Shown piece after piece: positions 55,664 to 64,000 of a stretch of DNA of 64,000 nucleotides (position 1 is its first letter; every line of letters starts with the position of its first letter). Below the pieces are notes generated by a model. The model had not been told where the DNA came from. It worked only from the letters and a program-made list of their open reading frames with translations, and made no database searches. The DNA lies in the NCBI GenBank assembly GCA_020184695.1, contig JAANOX010000069.1, positions 62,001 to 126,000 of the forward strand, in the 5' to 3' direction. Source of the stretch: Histomonas meleagridis 2922-C6/04-290x. Taxonomy: Eukaryota > Protista > Parabasalia. The position numbers and the translations under genes are program-made.

Positions 55664-55936
55664 TCAACCTTCAAATGATTTAATTTCTTTTAGAAATTTT
55701 ATATATATATATATATCAGATTCCGTATTCTTTATTGTAAGCAAATTGTGTATCATTTGAATAATAATTAAATTAAAATAAATTGGATAATTTTTATCAA
55801 ATTTATCATTTATTGCTTTCGCTGTTTGAACAATATTTCCTCCATTTAAACCAAAAACCAGTTTTTTGATTGAGAGCAACATTTCCCATTCATTTTGATA
55901 TTGATATTCTTTTGTTTCTTCATTAGTTAACAACAT
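55664..55936 (-). pseudogene. Truncated N-terminal fragment of the locus A DUF3447/ankyrin family
   Basis: QNEWEMLLSIKKLVFGLNGGNIVQTAKAINDKFDKNYPI matches locus A QNEWDMLLSIKKIIFSLNEENIVQSANELISKIDKNYPI, then stops after about 90 codons. Confidence 0.7.
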
Positions 55937-56348
55937 ATTGAACCAAAAAACCGCAAAAGCGATGGGGTACCCCAAAAACAGATAGAAATTATTGGGAAAT
56001 CTTAATAAAAAAAAGAATATTAAAGAAATTTTAAACTCAGAAATTAGAAGTATTGCAGATGGAGGTGTAACACACATAAAGTTTAAATATGGGAAAATGT
56101 ATTGTTCATAATGACTAATTCAGATTTTCATTAATTATTGTTACATCTATGTATTTATATATAATATATATTCATAATGTCAAGATCTCTAAGATGAGCG
56201 CTCTATATAAATTGTCGAAATCGCAAGTGAGTTATATAACATATAATTATTGAATAGTTTATTTCAAATTTTAAGGACTTTTGGTTTTTGAATAGTTTAT
56301 ATTTGATGTGCTTTGATATTCAAACAAAAAATTTATTCATTTCTTAAA

Positions 56349-57563
56349 ATGAAAAAATATCAACGCTTTGATTCCTTTGATATCTCATCCAAAGACTTTT
56401 CGCTTCGATCATTTGAAGAAGTTCCGCAAGAACAACGTGAATATCTATTTCAAGCGAAATGTGTTGAATGCATCAAAGTGTTTCAAGTCAATGATTCCAA
56501 AATCGTTGAACTTATTAAATCAAAGTTAACCACTGAGATCATTGACTTTATCTCATATGCAAAGAACCAAGAAATACTTCGCTATGACTCGTACAAAATC
56601 TTTATGAAAATGATTTCCACAATTCTCTTTCAATATCGACGATATATTACATGGGAATACTTAAACATCATCTACAACACATTATTCCTATGCAAATATT
56701 GTCCACTTGAACTATACACATCGTCGTTTATATATAAACTCATAAAAAATGGAATAAGTTCAGAAAATGAAGAACGAGAAATCGTTAGAGACATATTAAT
56801 TTCGATACAAAGGAAACATAAAAACATCCAAAAACAAATCCTTCATAGTATATTTATGTTGCTTTCATTAAGGAAATGTTCAAATGAAATATTCGAAGTT
56901 TTGTTTTCGATAATATCAAATAATTCATTTGAATTACAACGATCACATTTATATTACTTTAGAGATTACTTTTTACCATTTCATCTGAACCAAATCGTAC
57001 ATCCGATGTACATAGAATGCGTTATTAGTTTCTGTAAAAAAGAATATTCGTTGTTCCCAATCATATTCGGATATCTGTTGAATCATTGGCCGGTAACTGA
57101 CTTCCAAAAAGAAATTCTTTTCTTAAACGAAATGACGAAATTGTTTATTACGTTTGTTGACGTCGTTTCTTTTGAAATGGCAACGGCATATTTCGAAAGA
57201 ATCGCATTGTCATTACAATCAGTGCATTGTGAAATTGTTAATACTGCAATAAAGGCACTGAAGAAAAGGGAAATACAAAATTTGTTGAAACAATTCCCAC
57301 AAATGAATTATCATAACATTACAAGCGTAATTGAGAAAATATCAATTTCTCATTGGAACACTTCAACGCGTTGTAAATGTTTTGAACTTTTATCATCAAT
57401 TTGGAGTAATGAAACTGATATCAAAATTTCAATTAATAGAAATAATGAAAATGTGGATGACAACGCAAACCAAAAGTGGGGTAATATCTTTAGAGTTGCA
57501 CGAAGAAGAGATCCCAGAATTCAAGTGAAAGAACCAAATTTCTTTTCGACATCAAAAATTTGA
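56349..57563 (+). CDS. PP2A regulatory subunit B56 (B')-like
   Basis: SENEEEREIVRDIL, LLNHWPVTDFQKEILFLNEM, SLQSVHCEIV and SHWN motifs. First ATG at 56349. Confidence 0.8.
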   Translation: MKKYQRFDSFDISSKDFSLRSFEEVPQEQREYLFQAKCVECIKVFQVNDSKIVELIKSKLTTEIIDFISYAKNQEILRYDSYKIFMKMISTILFQYRRYITWEYLNIIYNTLFLCKYCPLELYTSSFIYKLIKNGISSENEEREIVRDILISIQRKHKNIQKQILHSIFMLLSLRKCSNEIFEVLFSIISNNSFELQRSHLYYFRDYFLPFHLNQIVHPMYIECVISFCKKEYSLFPIIFGYLLNHWPVTDFQKEILFLNEMTKLFITFVDVVSFEMATAYFERIALSLQSVHCEIVNTAIKALKKREIQNLLKQFPQMNYHNITSVIEKISISHWNTSTRCKCFELLSSIWSNETDIKISINRNNENVDDNANQKWGNIFRVARRRDPRIQVKEPNFFSTSKI

Positions 57564-57626
57564 TTCTTGAATTTGACAAACTCTGTTCGAATCATCTAAC
57601 GGTCGCCAGGTATAAAAATTCATTTA

Positions 57627-58193
57627 ATGAATGATTTCGAAAAACTTCAATGTATTAATTTAACAAATAAAATGCAGAAAATGGAACTTTGTAAGCCATT
57701 CATTGATAAAGTTGATCCAGATCGTGATGGGGCTAAAGGATATTTTGATATTATTAAATCGCCAATGGACTTAACGACAATCAAAAAAAAACTAAGCGGA
57801 AACAAATATGCGTCAATTGAAGAATGGAAACATGATGTAAACCAAATATGGGAAAATGCAATGGTTTATAATGACGAAGGAACTCTTTTGTATCTGATTG
57901 CAAAAGAAATGAAACTTTGGTTCAATCGCAAATATATAAAAATTCCAATCAACAAAGACGAAGATTGGATACTGTCATTGACAAAAACATCAAAAAAGTT
58001 ATACGACTTATCTTTACTTCCTCCTTCAACAATTGCTACGTTTCATCCGCCAACAGCTCTGCCTCCAATTGAAGTTGCACAGAGTCCAGCAGAAGAAATA
58101 AAACAATCAATAATTATTCTCGAAATTCCGCCTGGAATCAAAGAAAAATACGAAAACTATCAAGTGGACTATAGTGACCAAAACAAGTTTTAA
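57627..58193 (+). CDS. Bromodomain protein
   Basis: PFIDKVDP...GYFDIIKSPMDLTTIKKKL...WENAMVYN. Confidence 0.92.
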   Translation: MNDFEKLQCINLTNKMQKMELCKPFIDKVDPDRDGAKGYFDIIKSPMDLTTIKKKLSGNKYASIEEWKHDVNQIWENAMVYNDEGTLLYLIAKEMKLWFNRKYIKIPINKDEDWILSLTKTSKKLYDLSLLPPSTIATFHPPTALPPIEVAQSPAEEIKQSIIILEIPPGIKEKYENYQVDYSDQNKF

Positions 58194-58780
58194 TTTTGTG
58201 TTTATCTAAAAATTGTATAAAATTATTTTTTTTGTGGCCATTGTTCCAATGACATTTGAAGTGTGAAATTCTTCAGAAAGTGTTCAAGTTTACCAACAAA
58301 TACTTAATGCATAAGTTAAGGCATGCGATATGTGGAAATTAGATGAATAAAACTCACGAAAATTGTAAAACATTTCAATCATAAACAAATGCTCAACTTG
58401 ATTTGACTTCATTAATTACTGTAAAAAGTATAGAACACTATTCATTGAACAATGAATAAGCTGATGCTAAAAAGGTCGTAGTACGATAGCATGTATCGTT
58501 CTGCTATTTCAAAAGCTAATGATCGTTTTACGTGTAAAATATGTTTTTGACTTGATAAATATGTTTTTCTAGTTCTTGCTAAATTCCTGTACCTAAGCTT
58601 GCCTGGAGCTCTTAATGTTCCGAAGAGGAGAGGCGCTAGTTCCCATTTCCTGTTCTCTCGTACTGCAAACTTTTCAGCATCTATTTAAAAAGCAAATGTA
58701 TATTGGAATAACAAATGCTGACACATCTATATATTTCAGAACACATTTACAGATATTTATTACCACAAACAAATTTTATT

Positions 58781-61700
58781 TCAAACATTTTCCAGCTGCA
58801 GATATTCCTCTTTGTATCCGCTCTCCTCCAGTATCCTCTTTATCTCATCATTCGCAATGTGCTTCGGCAGGACGCCCTCAGAGTTGTACCACACGTCCGC
58901 CTTTGCGCCTTTTGCCAACAGCTCATTCACAATTTCGACATTCTTCAGCTTAACAGCGATCATCAGTGGCGTGTTACCTTCTTCGTCATCATTCGGAGCA
59001 TTAATGAGTGCGCCCGCAGAAATCAATACTTTGACCGCTTCGAGATTTTGGAGTTCGACTGCAATAGATAATGGCGTTCTACCGTTCTTGTTCTGGAAAT
59101 CTAGATTACACCTTGGATCTGCAACAAGTGCCTTTAAATAAAGGATACTTTTCGATTGTATCGATTTGCATAAAACCGTGTGGCCACTTTTGTTGTAAAC
59201 ATTCAAATCGAGATTGGGCAATGAAAGCAAAGCTTTAAAGAGTCGGATGGATTGTATTGGCTTACGATTAAAGAAGTAATGTAACGGATGAGGGACAACA
59301 TCAGTATATCTGTTGGGATCAAAATCAGGACATTTGGGTGCAAGAGAATATAACGCTTTAGGAGACTTGGCATCAAGACAAACATGTGTAAGGAATTTGC
59401 CTTGACGTGTTGGAAAGTTGAGATAATAAGTTGGACATATCTTGATGAGCTTTTTGAAGGTTTTGGTCTTATGGAATAGAATGGCATAAACAAGAGATGG
59501 ATTGTGAAACTCTAATAAGGTTCGATTAAGTGAAGTACCTTGTCTAGCTAGAAATGTTGTCATCTCACTAAAACCATTACGAATTGAAGCAATTAAAGGA
59601 GTATCTGAAGACTTATCGACTTTGTTGGGATTGATGTTGTGCTCAAAAAGAAGTTGTGTTGCAAATAATGATGGATTACGAATTGAATAAAAAAGTGCAG
59701 ATCGTTGATCATCATCTTGCTCATTAATGTTAAAGTTATTCATGAGAAGACGAAGCATATCATAATCATCTGAAAACAAGCACGCAAAATGGAGTAAAGG
59801 CGACGATTGGATTCTATCGGTTTCAACCATCGAACCGAAATTTTGAATCTGAAATTGGAAAAGTGACACGGAACCAATCGTAAACGAACGTTTAAATTTG
59901 GACACCCCCAAAATTTTGAAAAAGTTATATTGATCGTTCTGATTTGATGAGAATGACAACTCAAAACACGCAGATTTCATCAAGTCATAATCATGGAATT
60001 CAGGTACATTAATTTGTTCAACAATGTTCCTAAATGAATACATTCTGTTCAAATAACTAATAACTGAATCTGTTCTTAAGAATTCATTGATTTTTGGAAG
60101 TGGTGAGTCTAATGAAACCATCGTCTGAACCTTACGGCATCGAGCAAAGATTTTATTCATTTTTCTGGTGAATTTCTCATACGATATATTTATCGACCAA
60201 TTATCATTTCCAGCTTCAATATTTGCTGAGAATGCTCTATCATCCCCAATAACTGGAAACGAGTAATGAATTATAAGACGAGGAATTGGAGGCTTGACAA
60301 AAGGAAGTTGAATCAAAAATTGGCAAATCGAAAACATCAACCAAAAGTCATTGAGTGCGTCTTGCTTTTTAAGATCTACCCCTAGATATCCGTTTGGCGT
60401 TGATAGTAAACCAATGTTATTATCCGGATGAAATTTTACAAATTTAACACATTGAACAGGAGCACCGAAAAGTAAAGGTTTCGTATTACTACAATTAAAA
60501 TGATAAGATTCTGGAAGTACTTCGTGATGATCTGTTACTTTTGGAGAAAAATTCATCAGATGTAAAAATCCATATGTTAAAATCAAAGTATATTGTAAAT
60601 TGTTCACATTAACATATTGTGAGTAAACCACGGTACCAAAATATGATACATTTTGAGGTTTTCGTTTTGTTTGCATTGAAACCAAAACTTGATGGAATCG
60701 ATTTACAATATCTTGAGGAAATGTTCTCCATTTAGAAAGGCTTGCGCCAATAAGTAATTTTATATCTACTTCTTGTCTTATAGATGTGTTCTTTAAATTA
60801 AGCGGATTAAAAAGTGCGCCAAGTTCTTCCATTTTGTATTCAATTGTTCTGTCCAATTTGAAATATTTGAGAATGAACTCAAAAAGTCGAGATTCAACGA
60901 CCGTTTTAACGGCACTTTTTATCACATCAAGTTCATCGTTACTTAATGGAAGCGTTTTAGTTTCGATATATTTATAGATGCTTTCGAGTATAACGGGAAT
61001 ATATTGTGATGGACTGATATCAAGTGCATCATAAAGATTTGAAGAAAATTGATTAATAGATTCTTCATTAGTTTCAATATGTCGTACTGGAAATTTATTC
61101 TTTGTGTTAAATGGGGATACATATAACTCAAATTCAAGCTCACCTGTATCAACGACAATACCATTTGTAGCAAACATTGAATTGAAAAAATCAGATATTT
61201 TGGTAAACGGAAAAACAATGCGATCAACACCATTTTGTATGTGATGAAGAATGATGGATTCAACGGGTATATTTAATTTGGCAGATAATTCATCGATTAT
61301 ATCATCAAATGTTTTATCCCCTACATATCTTGTTAGAGATTGAAGAATGTTTAAATCAGTATCTTGTGGAAGGTATGGAATTGTTAAAACTATTGGACTA
61401 TATTCTTGTCGAGCATGATGAAATGTTAAAGTAACATGACCATATAATTGAGAATCAGGACCGACAAAAGAAAGAACACTAGTGTAGCTAGGGTGGTCCA
61501 TCTTTCTTTCTTTTGAGTTATTTTGATCACCTACCTTTGGAAGATTTATTTCTTTTTTGATACTTGGGAAAACATCAAAAACTTTAACTAAAGGAGGGAC
61601 GTGAAATGAAAAGCAAGGGTCTCTGTATATTACTGCTTTCAGATTTTCGGCATTTGAAAATAATGCATTTCCTTTAAATCCTTCAAACAGATCTTTCGCA

Positions 61701-61792
61701 GTGGAATCAAGAAAGCTACCACAAATTGTTTTGCTGAAGTTATTAAGTGAATCGGCTGTGAGATAAAAAAAATAAGAAGGATTTTTGCTCAT
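58781..61792 (-). CDS. 1003-aa protein with uninterrupted C-terminal ankyrin repeats
   Basis: Intact repeats such as QNKNGRTPLSIAVELQNLEAVKVLISAGA and DDEEGNTPLMIAV. Confidence 0.85.
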   Translation of the reverse strand: MSKNPSYFFYLTADSLNNFSKTICGSFLDSTAKDLFEGFKGNALFSNAENLKAVIYRDPCFSFHVPPLVKVFDVFPSIKKEINLPKVGDQNNSKERKMDHPSYTSVLSFVGPDSQLYGHVTLTFHHARQEYSPIVLTIPYLPQDTDLNILQSLTRYVGDKTFDDIIDELSAKLNIPVESIILHHIQNGVDRIVFPFTKISDFFNSMFATNGIVVDTGELEFELYVSPFNTKNKFPVRHIETNEESINQFSSNLYDALDISPSQYIPVILESIYKYIETKTLPLSNDELDVIKSAVKTVVESRLFEFILKYFKLDRTIEYKMEELGALFNPLNLKNTSIRQEVDIKLLIGASLSKWRTFPQDIVNRFHQVLVSMQTKRKPQNVSYFGTVVYSQYVNVNNLQYTLILTYGFLHLMNFSPKVTDHHEVLPESYHFNCSNTKPLLFGAPVQCVKFVKFHPDNNIGLLSTPNGYLGVDLKKQDALNDFWLMFSICQFLIQLPFVKPPIPRLIIHYSFPVIGDDRAFSANIEAGNDNWSINISYEKFTRKMNKIFARCRKVQTMVSLDSPLPKINEFLRTDSVISYLNRMYSFRNIVEQINVPEFHDYDLMKSACFELSFSSNQNDQYNFFKILGVSKFKRSFTIGSVSLFQFQIQNFGSMVETDRIQSSPLLHFACLFSDDYDMLRLLMNNFNINEQDDDQRSALFYSIRNPSLFATQLLFEHNINPNKVDKSSDTPLIASIRNGFSEMTTFLARQGTSLNRTLLEFHNPSLVYAILFHKTKTFKKLIKICPTYYLNFPTRQGKFLTHVCLDAKSPKALYSLAPKCPDFDPNRYTDVVPHPLHYFFNRKPIQSIRLFKALLSLPNLDLNVYNKSGHTVLCKSIQSKSILYLKALVADPRCNLDFQNKNGRTPLSIAVELQNLEAVKVLISAGALINAPNDDEEGNTPLMIAVKLKNVEIVNELLAKGAKADVWYNSEGVLPKHIANDEIKRILEESGYKEEYLQLENV

Positions 61793-62567
61793 GAACCCGT
61801 AAGAATATTGACTATCTTTGTCTAGTTTTTAAAATAAACGAATAATAAAATAAAGCTTTTAAAAATTGCTTACTTTTTGAGAATCACGCTGTCACTTTTT
61901 CTACATATCATTTCATTAACTCGTAAATTATTGACACTTTTCAAATATTCTCATCAAAAAGTTTGGTGTGAAGAAAAGATTGAAAGGGGAAAAAATTTAT
62001 TTCAATTTAGGTTATGTAAAATATTCAAAATGACTTTTTCATAATTTATAGTCACCTTGCTATTTCTTGGCAATTTCTCCATTGTTAATAATTGTCAATT
62101 GTTTTTTTCCAAGTCTTTATCCAATTTGAAGTTAAATATTTACATTTTATTTATTCACAACAGTTCGTACTATTGTTTTAATCTTTCTATGATGTACTCC
62201 ATGAAACTACACATGTTATATGAGTGAATTTCAAAAAAATAAAGCATGTAAGAAACTTATTTGTAATAATTTGATTTTAGTAAAAACCAAAAATAAATGA
62301 AAAACTACTTGGCAAGTTCATTTTTATTATGATTATAAACAATGGCTCAACCAATTACTCCTTTATTAGTAAATTAGGAGCTCAGCTTCACGAAGTCAAA
62401 TCATTCATTCAAAATATTCTATGAGTTCATGAATCGAAATTGAAATTTCAATTTGTCAAATTCCACTTTATCACAAGCGTTCAAATTCTATAAGCGCGAT
62501 TGAAAAAGTGTTTTTCAAACAAAAGCATTTTCAATTACCAACGGTTGAACTGATTTTTACAGAAAAG

Positions 62568-63680
62568 ATGAAGGAGATCATAATCTACGGGCTTATCCTC
62601 GCCCTGATTCTCCTTTTGCTCCTGGCTTGTAAGAAACCGGAGAAAAAGGACGAGCAGGACCAAGAGGAGGTCGTTGAAAGAGATATCAAACTTTCAGATA
62701 ATGAAGAAGACAAAAATGAAGAAGAAGCTGGTAAAGAAAAAGAGAAAGAAAAGTCATCGTCGTCGTCGTCTTCATCTTCAGAAAAAGAAGGAAAAGGAAA
62801 CGAAGAAGAAAAAGTAAGTAAAGAGGAAGATGAAGAAGAAAAAAGAAGAAGAGAAGAAGAAGATAAAATCCTCGCTGAAAGAGGCATTAAACTTGATGAA
62901 TTCTCAGAAAGCGAAATATCAGAAAATGCTTCAGAAGAAGTTAAAGAAAAACATCAATGGAATCTAAACGTTCGTAAGATTACAAGAGCCATTGCTGTTA
63001 CCTCTAATCTTCGTGCCGTTAACTTTTGTTATGTTGATAAATTAATTGATGTCCGAGGTAAGAATCGTCCAATTGCTTATTTCGTACCTCCCAAGAGTTC
63101 CAATCTTTCCAAGGGTGGCGTTTTTATTTATGATCGTACCCAATGTCCTGATAATAAGATCTATCTCTTTGTTGGTCCATCAGCACCTAATAACTTAGTA
63201 CCACTTGGAGAACGCCTCCTTGGACTTATTGTCGAGAAAGCAAACAACCCAACTATTATCCGTGTCGAAAGGTCTCTTGAATCTTCAGAATTCAATGAAA
63301 TGATTCACGATATGGGCGGCAACATCATCATGATGCAAGAATCCGAGAAAGCTGGTGACCAATTCTTCTTTGAACTTCAATTCTTTGCCACATATCTCCA
63401 TATCTTCAACTTCGAAGTTGGAAAGAGCATGGAAGAAGTACACGTGAAGAAGCCGACATTAGATATATTACCGAAAGAAGGAGCTTCTGTTATCGATACA
63501 AGTGATAACAATATTTATCTTTATGTATCAGACGTTAGTGCACAAGAAGGACCTACTTATGATGAACTACAAAACGCACTGAAGTGGATGGGTGAGCAAC
63601 AAGAGTTCAAGAAAAAAGATGTCATCGTATTCGATTTGAAAACAGTCCCACCAAACCTCCAAATAATTTTCCAAAACTAA
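62568..63680 (+). CDS. Signal-anchored, acidic low-complexity protein with gelsolin-like domain(s)
   Basis: N-terminal hydrophobic IIIYGLILALILLLLLAC and an E/K/S-rich linker. LIDVRGKN...SNLSKGGVFIYD...KIYLFVG resembles the gelsolin repeat pattern. Confidence 0.6.
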   Translation: MKEIIIYGLILALILLLLLACKKPEKKDEQDQEEVVERDIKLSDNEEDKNEEEAGKEKEKEKSSSSSSSSSEKEGKGNEEEKVSKEEDEEEKRRREEEDKILAERGIKLDEFSESEISENASEEVKEKHQWNLNVRKITRAIAVTSNLRAVNFCYVDKLIDVRGKNRPIAYFVPPKSSNLSKGGVFIYDRTQCPDNKIYLFVGPSAPNNLVPLGERLLGLIVEKANNPTIIRVERSLESSEFNEMIHDMGGNIIMMQESEKAGDQFFFELQFFATYLHIFNFEVGKSMEEVHVKKPTLDILPKEGASVIDTSDNNIYLYVSDVSAQEGPTYDELQNALKWMGEQQEFKKKDVIVFDLKTVPPNLQIIFQN

Positions 63681-64000
63681 ACAAAGTTTTTTCATTGTTA
63701 TACCATCTGATAACTTTAATTGTCTGAGTCATTTTTAGGCGAAAAAACTCGGTTAAAATTTGACATCGGTTTCCGATAAAATCGGCCAAGTATCAATTCA
63801 AAAAACATATGTTCAAAAAATGGAAAATCAGTTTTCACAGGCACTTTTCAAATAAACAATTCGAAACTGATGATAAGGTGTTTCAAAATTTATTTGCTCG
63901 AGCATTTTGTTCTGAAAAATTCAATTAATTCTGGATGAAAATTGAGAACTCGTAATCATCTCACATTTCACTTCATTTGTAATTTATGTTTGGTTATTTT

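Noticed and set aside
63715-64000. Slightly GC-richer non-coding stretch that might be a transposon end
   Set aside because: No partner repeat, TSD or ORF is visible within the window.

Overview
AT-rich eukaryotic genomic DNA with almost no canonical introns, very likely from a parabasalid (trichomonad). This rests on the BspA-type LRR surface proteins, DUF3447-like/ankyrin proteins, TCAYT-type initiators and an M3/M5-like ribosomal-protein promoter; the species cannot be assigned from sequence alone. The window holds about 28 ordinary genes (ABCA transporter, SLC35F, RPS3, PFK-like, IFT52, PP2A A- and B56-like, ENT, HECT E3, F-BAR/SH3, RhoGEF-Kelch, CapZ beta, RPLP2, cyclin, Tubby-like, bromodomain, gelsolin-like and others) plus several relics. 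The main result concerns three ankyrin-repeat genes (3019-5748 minus, 35260-36889 minus, 52209-54383 plus) that look shattered in the ORF track. They are interrupted by 72 AT-rich intervening elements: 71 are exactly 17 nt and one is 18 nt. In the register used here none is a GT-AG intron. In two genes they occur as 80-nt cassettes of four [17-nt element + 3-nt micro-exon] units. Removing them by hand restores uninterrupted ORFs (705, 474 and 588 aa), and the retained triplets spell the ankyrin hairpin consensus D/N-x-x-G-x-T (e.g. KNKNGDTAL, KNNNGETAFH, RDACGMTP). This points to a length-measured, non-canonical excision or skipping system that I do not recognise as described. Whether it acts on RNA, DNA or during translation cannot be determined from this sequence.
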